From assembly GCF_009914755.1 (NCBI RefSeq), contig NC_060931.1: DNA of 64,000 bases; one strand, 5' to 3'. Below, piece by piece: positions 27,770 through 41,839 of this stretch. The stretch is from the human T2T-CHM13v2.0 reference genome, Homo sapiens. Each line of letters opens with the position of its first letter. Position 1 is the stretch's first letter. The position numbers were made by a program, and so were the translations under genes. The notes under the pieces are model-generated. The model saw only the letters and a program-made list of their open reading frames with translations. It did not search any database and was not told the DNA's origin.

Positions 27770-28035
27770 TTTTTTTTTTTATTTGAGATGGAGTCTCACT
27801 CTGTTGCCCAGGCTGGAGTGCAATGGCACGATCTCGGCTCCTGTAACCTCTGCCTCCCAGGTTCAAGTGATTCTCCTGTCTCAGCCTCCCAAGTAGCTGG
27901 GATTACAGGAGCGCACCACCAGGCCCGGCTAATTTTTGTATTTTTAGTAGATATGGTGTTTCACCATGTTGGTCAGGCTGGTCTCGAACTCCTGACCTCG
28001 TGATCCGCCCGCCTCAGCCTCCCAAAGTGCTGGGA
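27770..28035 (-). mobile_element. Alu (AluSg/Sx-like), slightly 5'-truncated
   Basis: Antisense dimeric Alu. TSD cagatttcttttttt (27762-27776) / cagatctcttttttt (28036-28050). Confidence 0.96.
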
Positions 28036-28957
28036 CAGATCTCTTTTTTTCACCACCGCATGTGTAAGTTTTAAGATAATTTTATTTTTTTGTAATCATA
28101 GTTAAATGTTACCCTGAGGGAATAAATTCATTAACACAACTCACGTAATAGATTCACTTACCTTGTTAAAGAGTTAAACAGTTAAAAATAAAATTAAAAT
28201 TTCTATACATAGTACAGTGTTATACTAGTTAATAAGAATATTAAATTTAATGAATATTCTTTTAAAATATACCTAAGTATTCGACTTTGAAAAGGTGTGT
28301 TATGTGAAAGTAATGTCTTTCCTTGCAAACAAAAAATCAGCGTTCAGTTAAATCCATAACTCATTCTTGCTTAATTAGAATGTAAAATACTATATCCATA
28401 CCTTGTAATAATCCACATGATAGACTAATCCACAAATAATCCAAATATCCAAGAATTTTACCTGAATACTTGAGGTATGATTGCATACTATCTTCCCATG
28501 TATGTCTACATTGGTTGAATCTCACTGACTAAAGTTCTTTGAATGTAATTAACATTAGCACAAAACTACACCAAACGTTAATATACGCTAAGTACTCCAT
28601 GTATTTTGCTTAGCTAGACCATATGTATGTGTGAGTGTGTAAGTGGTGTGTGTGCATGTGTACATTAGAGAGAGAGAGACAGTGAAACAGATACTGAAAG
28701 AAGACTAAATTAAACTCACGTGCAAGCCATCAGGAACTGCTTTCCCAGGTTTTAAGGGTATATGAGGCAGGCATAAAAAGACTGAATTGAAGCACCAGTC
28801 AGCAGGAGCACATCCATTTGTGGACTCCGAAGCTTTTAAAATTTGAAGAGGAGACACACGTTAGTAAAAAGAATCTCATGTGTATATTACAAATATGTAT
28901 AACCATGGAAACACATTGCTAAGGCCCATCCCAGCAAGATGGAGTGGTCATGTAGAT

Positions 28958-29308
28958 CAGCGGTCCCCAACCATTTTAGGACCAGGGACTGGTGCAGGGA
29001 CAATTGACCAGGGACAATTTTTTCATGAACTGAGGAGGCAGGGATGGTGTCAGGATGAAACTGTTCCACCTCAGATCATCAGGCATTAGTGAGATTCTTA
29101 TAAGGGGCACATGATCTAGATCCCTCGCCTGTGCAGTTCACAATACGGTCTATGCTCCTATGAGAATCGAATGCCTCAGCTGATCTGAGAGAAGCAGAGC
29201 TCTGGCGTAACACTCCCTCGCAGCTGCCCACCTTCTGCTGTGCAGCCCGGTTCCTAACAGACCATGGACACCAGTCCCAGTCTGTGACCCACAGTTTGGG
29301 GACCCCTG
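28958..29308 (-). mobile_element. MER1B (hAT-Charlie MITE)
   Basis: TIRs cagcggtccccaa / ttggggacccctg, with internal gatgaaactgttccacctcagatcatcaggcattag. 8-bp TSD atgtagat / gtgtagag. Confidence 0.93.
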
Positions 29309-29346
29309 GTGTAGAGGACAATGCTGTTTAAACGTCATTCATGTCA

Positions 29347-29713
29347 CGTCTTAGTCAAATCAGGCCACTATCACAGAATACCATATAGACTAGGGTGGCT
29401 TAAAAACATGACCTTCTCCTAGGTCTGGAGGCTGGAAGTGTGATCAGAGGGTGTCAGCATGGTTGCATCCTGGTGAAGATTCTTTTCATGCTTCAGAGAT
29501 GCCTGTCCTCTGGTTATGTCCTCACATGGCACACAGAGAAGGAGAGTTCCAATCTCTTTACTCCCTTCTGAGGGCACTAATCCCCCCCATGCATGGGGGT
29601 TGCGCCCTCATGACCTGATTACCTCCTCAAAGCCCCACCTCCAAATATCATCACATTGGACATTTAGGCTTCAATGTATAAATCTGATGGGGGTACAGAC
29701 ATTTAGTTCATAG
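29347..29713 (-). mobile_element. Solo MLT1A-like LTR (MaLR)
   Basis: gtcttagtc...ggtctggaggctggaagt...gtcctcacatggc...ccctcatgacctgattacctcctcaaagccccacctccaaata...gacatttagttcatag. Confidence 0.88.
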
Positions 29714-31359
29714 TGCTATGGAATCTACCAACTTTGGCCAGTGTCTGCCTGGGGATTGAATGATCCTCATTCTGTCATTTGAGACTGACTTGTGTGCACC
29801 ACAGTCCTCTCTTTTTCTTGTGATGTGAATTGTAACCAATGTATTAAACCCTCTTAGCATCGGTTTAGCATGTCCTAACAGATTTATTCATTTCCAAAAT
29901 GCCATGAGTGTTCAAGAAATATACATAATACAGTTAGTGCAGTGTCTGAGAAATAGATACCCAATAAATAGTACTTCCTGTTACATTGTTTGTGAACTTC
30001 ATAAAATCAAATGAAAACCTTGAAAGCATCCACTGGGAGAATGCTATACCCACTGTTCTCACTCTCCCCTTCTCCAGACAGCATAGGAATAGTTTGCTAG
30101 TGGTGCCTGTGGTGCAGGCACAAATTCTGATGGGATGCTGACATCCAGAGGCTTTGCTTCCCCTTTGGACATAAGTTTAACTGCCCTCCTGGCTTGGGAA
30201 AGAAAAATTGACTTTGTATCTACCTGTTTTAAATGCATGATTGAAATTTTGGGAGCTACTATCCTAACAAAATAAAGGCAAGACAGTCATTCATGTTGAA
30301 ATCATGGTGGAAATTAGGAAGTTTCAGCATCATAAAGTTAGACGTAACAGGAATATTGCTGACATTTCTTTTTCACTTCCTTACTTTCAGTCTACAAGAC
30401 TGCAGCTGAGAGCAGAGAACCACAGAAGCAAATTGCTGAAAGCTCTGTAACTGAGAACCAGAGATAGATGTCCCCAGTTCCTCCCCTCAAGACAAGGTGA
30501 TGTCCTTGAGCATGCATCCTCAGGAGCAGGGGCTGGGTCCCGCTCTTCAGCAGACCCTGCCTGTGGCCTCTTCCCTTTGGGGTCACTTTTCATCATGCAA
30601 CTCTTTTACTGCTTGTATTTTCATATGCTTTGCTTATGCCTTTTTCTTTATTAGAATAAAAATATTTTAAGGGTTTGTGTTGGGTATTAACAATGCCAAT
30701 GATATTCTTTGGCAGGAAATATCTAAAATTAGCCACAGAAGGTATGATTATAAAATAATATGAAAGTATTGATATGATTCAGTTTACAGAATATTTTCAG
30801 ATTTATTACATAATGACAAATGATTCAATAAGCATTGTGAGGTTGGTTGTAACCCTGACTTACAGATAAGAATCCTGAAAAATCTGAGGGGCTTAGCCAG
30901 AATCACTCTCACTGAAACTTTCTCTACTGATTTTCAAGAGATTGATGCTTTTTCTCTCTGCAATGAGTAAGTCCAGGCACTGGAGTGGTGGCAGGGTGGG
31001 GAGAGTATTTGGAGACAATAATGGTTATGAGTTTGTTCAAATCATGTTAATTGAATATTGAATGCTTTTTGTATGTCAGGCACTCTTATAGATGCTGTCA
31101 GAAATGAACTGGACAAGGATCCTACTACCAGTGGAATCTACATTCTAGAGATGCTGTGCCTACCACTATGGGATTTAAGGTGCCATAAGACAGACTTGCT
31201 GGCTATAGTTTAATGCAAAAAAAAAAAAAGCATAAAGAGTGGTGACTGTCCAAATAGTATGCAGAAAAAAGTTTAAGGAATAAAAACAAGAAGATAAGAT
31301 TGAATTAACGTTAGGATTATATAAAAGTTTCATCTAAGTAGGGCAGATACATATTATAA

Positions 31360-31510
31360 AAAAGTATGTATTATATATATAGTATATCTCTCTATACACT
31401 AGACACATGTATCTATCTATACACTAGACACTGACATGCATAATATATATAGTCTATATAAATGCATATGCTACACATACATATATATTCATGCATACAT
31501 AAATGTGTCT
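31360..31510. repeat. AT-rich (TA/CATA) low-complexity repeat
   Basis: Directly visible; includes a duplicated tctatacactagacac. Confidence 0.75.
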
Positions 31511-31514
31511 ATCT

Positions 31515-31700
31515 TAATCCATTACTTAATAAATAACCTTGGAAAATTTACTTAACCTCCATTTCTCTCATCAGTTAAATGGGGCTGGTAATAGCACGTT
31601 AACTGTAGGGTTTTGTTGGGAAGCTTGAGTGAAGCACTAAAACCACTCTCTGATCTCGAGTAAGCCCACAAAGTGAAGTCCATGTTGTTATTATCACTGC
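31515..31700 (+). mobile_element. MIR fragment
   Basis: accttggaaaatttacttaacctcc...tctcatcagttaaatgggg...taatagcac. Confidence 0.7.
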
Positions 31701-33399
31701 TGTCATTACACTGTGCCAGGTCATGCTCACAATAATTTTCCTATACAATAAATTGCAAATTCCAACATTTCTAAGCATCCTCTGCCTTTATTCTAGGAAT
31801 TATTAATTTAAAAATTACAAAAATTAAGTAATAAAATGTATGAAACAGGAAAAAAATGACTTTTCTAAGTAAAGTCACTGCCCCTTCCACTGCGGAATGG
31901 AGACTTGAGTTTCTCCATCTCTCCTCAGTTGGTGTTATGCCCAGCTTGTCTGCAGATGATGTCTCCATGGCATATTCACCCATACAGGGTCAACAGCTAC
32001 AAGGAGAAATTATATCTGAGAACTGATCAGAACTAGTTATAGCATCATGAAACCAATACAGATGGTAGTATGATCTGCTTACTTTAAGGATGTTCTTAAA
32101 ACAGGATTTTAAAACTGTATCATCTTCTCTCCTGCTAGAAGATATCAGAAGAGTTAGCCAACACCACATCATTAAACTGAATAACGAGACAGCTAAAGCG
32201 AAGTTATCTGTGTGGGCAGTCATTTTGGACTGCTCCGTTGATAGTACCATATGTTAGCTACAGTTGGCATTCTACAAGGAATTGCAAATGTTTACAGTTA
32301 CTTTGAGGGAAAGATTCTTTGTGTTGTAGCATTTGGCATGTGGAGAAGTTTGCCAAGAAAAGATGACATGAAAGCATATTTTATCAAGTCTATTTTTCTG
32401 TAGTATTCCTCCATATTTATAAGACTTTATATTTGGAGTGATTTGGAGACTGAAGATAAAATGTTTTCCCCATCCCTAGCCTTGCCTGTCATCTTCTGCC
32501 TTCCCACCATCTCTTAGTAATAGATCATTTTGAAATTTTCAACACTATAGGGAAGCAACTTCTTTGGAATTATGTTCAATTTGAGTTGCCTGTTCTCTTT
32601 CATGCTCTTTTCAGAATTTTTAAAATTACATTTTTTGTCTTTTCTAAAATCAATCGATATGTCAACAGGAAAGAATTTCTTCCCAAGAAAATATAAAATA
32701 TATAATAATGATTAAATTAGGACTAGAAACTGAAAAACATTTCTATAAATTGTCAATTATTTCCTTGAGGTCTTTGCTACAAACACTTCCCAGGAAATTT
32801 TTGCCAAGAAAGTCGAACTTAAAGAAACTATATTTTTTCTGGTTTGCTCATGATAATCTAAAAAATATTTCTGGTTGCAATATATATTATATACTCATCC
32901 TAGTCATGACATGTATTTTTTTATCACAGTTCTCAGCCTTAGTAAAAGCCACAATTCTCAGTCATTTTATCTTTTCAAGAGAAATCTGTGTTATATTGAT
33001 GGTGGAGTCTAAGCACTCCCTGAGGTCAGGCATCATGATGAGATTCACAGAATGCAGCACTGAGAGAATAAGACACTCCAGTTCTATCTGCAACCACTTT
33101 CTTTGCTGACATCGAACATACAATTTATATATCTAGGCCTCAGTTTTCCTACCTATAACATTAAGGAAAAAAACCAAAAATTATTTTCCATGTGTGGCTG
33201 AAACAGCATCTAACTGCCACCATTTCCATTCACTTTCAGTTGTGCAGAGTTCTGAAGAGGGGCCTGTCCATATTGGGCTGTTCCCCAGGCTTCCATACAT
33301 CTGTTGAAGCCATGAGATCTGTTCTTTCAAATATGGTGCGAGTGGAATCTTTTTGCTTCATCTATGTCCAAAGTCATATAAAAGTAGATTTACACCTCC

Positions 33400-33610
33400 A
33401 CTGTCCCATGCTTTGGCTGAATGGCAAGGAGTCCCAGGCACTAAAGAACGCAGAACACAAATTGCAGGTGCCTGGGTTCCTGAGTGGCCATGGGCAAAGC
33501 CCCTGCCCCCCACTCAGAGCTAGCTTTTGGTTTTACGTAAGTAAGAAAAAACTCTCTATATTGTTCAGCTCCGAAGACTTGCAGGATTATTTATAACATC
33601 AGCCAACCAG
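33400..33610 (+). mobile_element. Old MLT1 (J/K-like) LTR 3' fragment
   Basis: gcctgggttcctgagtggcc...tttacgtaagtaagaaaaactctctatattgttcagc...ttatttataaca. Confidence 0.55.
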
Positions 33611-34182
33611 TCACAGATTGCTTGCCATCTTTGATTCTAACTTCAGAGTTTGGCACAGTAGTTATGGACATTTTCATCCAAACTGCAATCCCTTCCAGTC
33701 AGAGAGGTCAGATACTGAGGATACAGTTTTCTTATCTCTTTGGGAGTGTTTTATGGACCTAAAGAAGCATGTGGCTCACAATAGTGGCTCTATCTAGGAG
33801 GAGTTTCAAACCTTGTAAGGTTAGGAATAGTATAAAGCTCAGTAGCAATGAGGGAATTAGACCTGATTTTGCTAAATACTGCATAGGCCAATAAAGTTAA
33901 AAAACAGTAAGTTAAAAAAGAGTAGATTACTTCCTATGATCAGTTCATGTTTGAGTCTGTCCAAAATTTATATTAAAAGATGGACAAGGTTTAGGAATAA
34001 TAGAGAGAAGTTTATAGCATCCTAAACTCTATCCATCAGAAAAACAATTGCAAACAAGTGTCAATCTGAAAGCTCTTACTGTGAAAGTCACTATTAGAAA
34101 TCCCTCTACTTGGTGGGATAGATTATGGAATTGTAAGGACAGAAAGATAAAGAGATGCAACACCTTATAGACAAAGAAACAC

Positions 34183-34472
<290 letters not shown>

Positions 34473-34744
34473 ACAAAGAAACACCACATGCAAAAATGAG
34501 TTACAGGAATGGATTAATATCTATGCAACAAGAATCAGGAATGGGTAGAGTTAGAAATAAAACCCAAGAAACAAAAAACTAAAGCTCCTCTTCCTTAATT
34601 ATTGAAAATTCTTAGACAAGTATGGGGCAGGGAAGATAGAATGAGAATCACCTTTTGAGACACAGAAATCAGAAGAAGGCAATGACTCAAGCACGTATTT
34701 CTCAGGATTTAACCAATTCCATGTAGAAAAGCCATGTTATAGAA

Positions 34745-34800
34745 TCTCTCTCTGTCTCTCTCTCTGTCTCTCTCTATGTGTGTGTGTGTGTGTGTGTGTA
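34745..34800. repeat. (TC)n-(TG)n compound microsatellite
   Basis: Directly visible. Confidence 0.93.
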
Positions 34801-35257
34801 GAGATTTAGATATTAGATTTAGATACACACACATATATAGATTCTATAATCTCTAGCATGACATTTCTATAAATAATATATATATAGGTGAGTGTGTGTG
34901 ACTATATGCACATTATATATATGTATAAAATATAGCCTTCCTGTGTAAGATTTTAATGTAAATTTTTATAAAATTTTATTTGTAGTATAGATTTGATAAT
35001 TTTGTAGAGCATTTTTGTATTTTCATAATTCAAATTTAAAGAAGTGCTTTAAGTACTCATAGAACCTCCATAGCAATGTTCTGTGGAAATTGCAGTGACT
35101 CTCTGACAACCAGTGTTAGAAAGTCAAGTGTAATCCTTAACAAATATTTGGAGTATAGGACAGATCCTGTCACAGTTGAGTACATCATTATGTTGTTGAC
35201 CCTGTTCAAAATGCCTGTTTGATAATTTTTGTTGTGTGTGTAGGGAAGGTTATACAT

Positions 35258-35285
35258 CACACACACACACACATACACACACACA
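35258..35285. repeat. (CA)n microsatellite
   Basis: Directly visible. Confidence 0.9.
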
Positions 35286-36843
35286 TCTTTGATATAAAAC
35301 CTACCTATTTAAACTAGAAGTATTTTCAGGTGAAAAACTTGGAGTTTTTTTTTGTTTGGAGAGAATTAAGTGAAAAATTATACTGTGAAATTATAGTTAA
35401 TTTAGAAAAAATAGCATGGAAAGTACAATAATAACATATTCAATTACAATGTATGATTAATTGCCAAAGCTTGAAGAATTCTAAATATAAAAGAAGCATT
35501 GCCCTCAGATGATCAGAATAAAAGTAAAACAAAACTTCTCAACCCCAGGGTTTTATTTTATATATATATAATACATAAACTGTGATTATTATTATTTTAG
35601 TATTATAGAAAATTTGGCTATAAGCTTCCTATACATCAGAAAATAAAAAGTTGTATGTGTTCTTAATGCCTGATACAAGAAAATACTATTAATTTATTCC
35701 CTGAAACTAGTCACTCAGACTAATTACCTAGATGACTTACCATATGGCCACTGAACAAGAAATTGGACAAACTTAAGACGGGGCACAGAGCTGGCAGTCT
35801 TCAAATATTAGTAACATATCTACCTTCCAAAAAAACCTAAGCATTTCTGATGCTATTGCTGACTGAAGAGGAGCTAATTAGATGAGACTGAGCATCTAAC
35901 CTGAGCAAAGGACAGCTTAAAATGTGTTGGAATGAATAAATAGAATGCAACCATTAATTTTCAACTTCCAGTGACAGAGCTCATCAGTCACTGATACCAT
36001 TTACTTTCCCTCGTGTATATATTGGCATGGGGGAAGTTATACTGTTTTATGATTTAATATTTTTAACTGGCAAAGGGAAAATAAAATAAAATGACCCCCA
36101 AACCCCACACCACCATCATTACTATCACTACTCTCTGACAAAATGCCCTCTGCCCTGGTGAAGAATGAGGCAAAATCACAATCAATAATAATTCTTAGAC
36201 AGTAGTAAATCTACCTGAAAAGTCACAAACACAATTTTCAATGTGGTTAAGCAAACAAGTCATGGAGCTAAAGCAAATTCAAAAAAAAAATGTTAAAGAG
36301 AAATTTAAATTTACTCAGAGGAGCTTAATTTCCATTCATCTCTATGTAGACCTCTTTACCTACAGCCAGTTTCCAAATGAAAGAATCATTCAACGATAGT
36401 TTTGGTACAAAAGAAACAACTTTTAATGTAATTTAAAAATACTTATTGATCTGAAATGTGAATGAATTTTAAAACAGAATAAAATGTTTAATGCAAGCCT
36501 TTATGTAAACAACATTTTTCTAAAAGCTATAAGAAGATACAGTGTTCAAAAAGAAAATTCCAATCGTACAAAATACATTTATCGTTCCTAAAATCTAACC
36601 ATTTTAAAATGCTTTATAGAAATACATATTTAACAAATGTGGTTGCTAAAAATATTTTTAAAAATCCCATAAAGTAAGTGGAACACAAAAGTATATAGTA
36701 AAGCACTCAAAGACAGTTATACTTCAGGCAAATTAGCCATTAGGGGAATTGGTCATTTGGATAGCTATCTTCAGAACCACAGGTGTTCCTTGACCTCTTC
36801 CACTTAACCTCTGGACCCTTAACCTTTTCTCCCGCCAGCACCC

Positions 36844-37400
36844 TATGATGGTTAATTTTATGTGTCAACTTGACTGGACTAAGGGACTCCCAGATAGCTG
36901 GTAAAACATTATTTCTGGGTGTGTCTGTGAGGTATTTCCATGAAAGATTGGCATTTGAACCACAGACTGACTAAAGGCCACCCTCACCCATGTGTGTTGG
37001 CGTCTTCCCATCTGTCGAGGGCCTTAATTAAACAAAAACGCTGAGGCTGGGTGAATTCTCTCTCTCCTTGAGCTGTGACATCCACCTCTCCTGCCCTGAG
37101 ACAATGGAACTCCTGGTTCTTGGGCCTTTGCACTCCGGGACTTACATCAGAGCCCCTACCCATGCACCCCAGGCCTGTGGCCTCGGAGTGGAGTTACATC
37201 ATTAACTCCCCTGGTTCTCAGGCCAGTGGACGCAGCCTGAATTACCAGCAGCCTTCCTGGTTCTCTGGTTTGCAGACAGCATATTGTGGGACACTTTTTC
37301 CCTCCATAATTGCCTAAGACAATTCCCATAATAAATCTCCTTTTACAAAGTTCTATATATAATCTACTATAATCTATTGGTTCTTTTTCCCTGGGGCCAT
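36844..37400 (+). mobile_element. Solo MLT2B-like LTR (ERVL)
   Basis: tgatggttaattttatgtgtcaacttgactgg...ccagatagctggtaaaacattatttctgggtgtgtctgtgagg...caattcccataataaatctcc...ctattggttct. Confidence 0.92.
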
Positions 37401-39329
37401 ATTACACCTCCCGTAAAGTCCTCTGTTACAATCCACACTTACTGCATCCAGTTCATATGCTTGGGACCTCTTGCCAAGAGGTTTACATCTTCACAGTTTC
37501 ACAGCAGCTGTGGTTTTAATTTTAACCACTGTTACAATCAAGCAAAGAGATGTTCTACCTTGAGGCATTATTAATATAAGACAAATTTCTCATTTCATTT
37601 GCACATCCACAATGTCATCTGCAAACAGGAAATTATTGTTACCAAGACCTCAGATCCTTTCTCGATCTGTTTTCTGTGGTGAAAGAACATTTTTTCCTGT
37701 ATGTGTCAGACTTATAATTTTATAAAATGAAATAAAAATTAATACATCAAAAATAAATAACATGCAGCTCAAAGTCCCACCTTTTAATTATAAGATTCAA
37801 ATTGCCATAAAAGTTTCAACTTGACTGTGCTTGAGGTCAGAAAGAAAACATCATTTGAAGACCAGCATCTGCCAGCAGGCTATATTTTACGTAGTAGACT
37901 GCTTCCGGTTTCAGAATTTTCCTCAGAGGGAATGTCTGACCCAAGCACAAATAGTCTTGGTCAGGTTTTGAGAAAAAAGTAGGCAACCATCCCTTTAATA
38001 ATTGACAATATTCAGAATTCAACTTGAGAATGTACATTGCTAATCAAATTGAGGTTTGTAGTTATTAAATATCGGTTTTTAAGGGGTCAGTGAAAATACT
38101 ATTTTTAAGACTTGTGTGGTATTTAATGTATCTTTTAGAGAAGACCAAAGGTTTTTTGAAAGAGCAACTTTAGATAAATCCAAAACGTCAGCAATGCCTT
38201 GTTAGAGGTTGGAGAACATTATTTGAGGACAAAAATGTAACAAATATCATTTATCTAACAGTTGCTTGCCTTAAGCCTAAAACGTCAGTTTTATATGATG
38301 CTGTTTTCTGGTGGTCCTGCCAGAGGACCGGAGTAGCCCTAATGAAAGAACAAGCTGGCCTCATCTATGGGTTTATTTATTCATTTGAATATTGAGAAAG
38401 GTGTGCCTACCCGATGTTTTTGGCTATTTTCATATTTTTAATGACAAAAACAGATAATATGATTACATACTTTTTGAAGCCACTATTTGCTCCATTCTAG
38501 GCACAGCTGACTTTATTTTAATTAGTGTCATCAGAATATGAAAATAGGTTTGGCTCTATGCTTTCTAAAGCAGGAGATGTATATTCCATTGAGAAGAAAC
38601 CATTCTATTTACAGTATTTCAAAATAAGTTAAGGATAAAGTCAGTTGTGGCTAGCAATGACCCTATTTGAGAATAAAAACCTATCTCTTAGAAAGGCATC
38701 TCGCCATGATATTTTGGTCCAGGTTTTTTTGTTTTGTTTTGTTTTTAATCCAGGTTTATAAAAGTCCGACATCAGTAACAAACTCACAGAGTTTACCTAA
38801 TGATGAATTCTAGGAGGAACATTCCTTACTTCTTTCTTAGCTGGAGTCTTGTCAAGCTGGTGGAGTGATCATCAGTATTGGATTATGTATACTTAAAGTT
38901 CATTTGAATTGCATGGAAGCTATTGGATCATAGCATGGGGATTAGTAATTTGTGAGTTTGAAAATAAGTTACTCTGCACCAGAATTCCCAACAGGGTGCT
39001 CCTGGTGAGCCAAAAGATAGCAATGCTTGTAAATGTTTAATACTGCTGAAAATTTTAAAACTGGTTTTTCAACTTATTAAAAATTTACAGTATTTGGAAT
39101 GATATTTGAACATGATTCTTTCACTACTCCAGTAATATTCTGGTGTTGCACCTTTGCCATCGAGTACTCTGCAGAAGCTGCACAGCACTGCTCTTCCCCT
39201 TTCCCTGGACTTTCCACAGATCCAATCCTTTTGCTTTGCCTATTAATTATAGGAACTCATTCTTCCTTGAAGTGAGTATCTGGTATGCATGTGGACGTAT
39301 TTATTTTGTTAATTAACTTGCTCTTATAT

Positions 39330-41330
39330 TTTTTCTAACTACATATTTTGTCAACTATTGAGAATGCAATATTGAAATCTACTACTATTGTTGCTGAATT
39401 CTGTATTTCTCTCTTCATTTATGTCCATTTTGCTTTCATGTATTTTGGGGATCTATTGTTAGATGAATACATATTTGTAACTGCTTCCTGCAGAATAAAG
39501 TTTTCATCTTTATAAAATATACTTTTTTGTTTTAGTAATACTTTTTATATTATTTTTTGTCTTAAAATCTTTTTTATAATATTAGAAGAACTACTACAGC
39601 TCTCTATTGTTTCTCATTTGTACAGAGTATCTGTTTTTATCCTTTTTCTTCTGAGCTGTATGTTTCGTTGAGTCTAAAGTGTGTCTGTTGTATACAGCCT
39701 GTAGTTGGATTCTGTTTTTTAATCCAATATGACACCTTTTGACTTTAGATTGAAGTGTTTAATCCATTTATGTTTACAGTAATTATTGGTATAGTAGTGG
39801 TTTGCTTTCTATATGTTTTATATTGTCTGTTTCTTCATTTCTCCATTATTGCCATCTTCCTTTTTTTAAACAGGTATCTCCTTGTGTGCAATTTAAATTC
39901 ATTTTAAAGTAACACATTTTTGTGAGTTATGTTTTTAAGTAGTGTTCTAGATATTACAACATGAAACTCAACCTAAAATAATCTAGTTCAGTTTAATACT
40001 AATTTCATTCCAGTAGTGCTTAGAAACTGTTGCAATATAGTCTCTATCCCTCGTGCTTTTTGTGCTATTATTGTCACACAAATTACATCTTTATACATTA
40101 TAAGCTTATCAATGTTGTTTTGTAATTTTTGTTTTATGCAGTTATCTTTTAGTATTTCTTTTAGGGAAAATCTCTTGATGACAAATTCTTTCAGTGACTT
40201 ATGAGTGTATGTATGTATTTAGGTATGTATGTATTTTATCTGGCGCAGTCGCTCTGTGTCCATTTTTTAAAAGATAGTTTTGATGCAATTACAATTCCTA
40301 GCTGAAAGTATGTTCTTTCAACACTTTGTGTATGTCAGACTGCTTATGTCTGCCTTCCATGGTTTCTGATGAGAACTCAACCATTTTTCTTATTAAAGAT
40401 CCCTTGTATGTGGTAAATTATTTTTATCTTGCTGCATTAAAATATTTTCTCTTTGATTTTTGATAGTTTGACTATTATGTTTTCAGTTGGGCATCTGAGT
40501 TTATTCAATTGGAGTTTTTTGAGCTTCTTGGAATTGTAAATTAATATTTTCCATAACATTTGAGAAATTTTGTCCATTATTTTTCCAATACTTTTTTCTC
40601 CCATGTCATTCTCATCTTTCCTCAGAAACTCCTATTACATGTATTTTGGTATGTTTGATAGTGTTCCACAATTATATGAGTCTCTGCTCATCTTTTTTCA
40701 CTTATTTCTGTGCCTCATACAAAATATTCTGTTTATATAATATATTTTATGTTCCCTAATCTTTATTCTGCCTCTTTATTCAATGTTGTTATTTTTCATT
40801 TCAGTTATATTTTTAAATTCTGAAGCTTCTACTTGGTTCTTTATATTTATGCTCTGTATCTCTTTATTGAGAGTCTCTATTTTCACAACCTTAGAGAATT
40901 GTGGTGCTAATAATTCCAGAATATTGTTGTGATTTATCAACACCCTGAAATAAGAGTTTTTTCTATGAAGCTGAGATATGAGTCATGTCAAATAGTTATA
41001 TTATTTTGGGAATAAGGTTTCTTGAGCGAGATGCTAGAAGTATTGTTAAAATATTGACAAGGTTCTGGATTTGGATTTGGGACTTTACAAGGATTTCCAA
41101 AACAGGTCACCCCTCTCTTTTCTTGATTAACACAGCATAGTGCTGGAGGGAGAAATTAGAGTAGCCTACGTTAAAACACCACATGCTCCATAGTCTTACA
41201 AAGATTTAATCATTTTCCTTGAAAATGAAATGGTTTCTAGTTTGTTCTGTGCTTTTGGTTAATTTCCAGAGTTCAGAAATAATTGATTTCATTAGTTTTT
41301 TAAAAATATTTTCATGCCTTTGTGGGGCAG
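39330..41330 (-). mobile_element. Old L1M fragment (ORF2 5' end, ORF1 and 5' region)
   Basis: Antisense L1 motifs tattgaaatctactactattgttg, gtctaaagtgtgtctg, tccatggtttctgatgagaa, tttgagcttcttggaattg, catttgagaaattttg. Confidence 0.8.
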
Positions 41331-41347
41331 AGCAAAAGCATCCTCAC

Positions 41348-41622
41348 AGCTTGGTGTGGTGGCTCGTGCCTATAATCCTAGCACTTTGGGAGGCTGAGGC
41401 GGGCAGACCACGAGGTCAAGAGAGGGTGACCATCCTGGCCAACATGGTGAAACCCCATCTCTACTAAAAATACAACAATTAGCTGGGCATGGTGGCACAC
41501 GCCTGTAGTCACAGCTACTCACGAGGCTAAGGCAGGAGAATCGTTTGAACCCGGGAGGGTGGAGGTTGCAGTGAGCCGAGATCATGACAGAGCAAGACGC
41601 CGTCTCAACGAAAAGAAAAAAA
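41348..41622 (+). mobile_element. AluSc-like element with a ~20-nt deletion in the right arm
   Basis: accacgaggtcaagag...gaccatcctggccaac, and gagatca joins tgacagagc. TSD aaaagcatcctcac (41334-41347) / aaaagcaacctcac (41623-41636). Confidence 0.95.
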
Positions 41623-41839
41623 AAAAGCAACCTCACTGTATAATTTCAAAAGTCTGGTTCCTCTCATTTTTATCATTTTAAGCTACAAAAAGTTCTGTAC
41701 GTATTTGTTACATATATTATTGCTGTTTATTAGTGATTTTTAAAAAGAACAATGTTAATTTTGTTCATTTTAAAGTTGTTACTTCTTTCCTGTCTTTGTT
41801 ATTAATACTATTGCTTTGTTTTTCAAAATGGTTAAAGTA

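Noticed and set aside
32708-33596. Two 133-134 aa plus-strand ORFs
   Set aside because: No recognisable domain, splice context or coding-like composition; they partly overlap MIR and MLT1 remnants.
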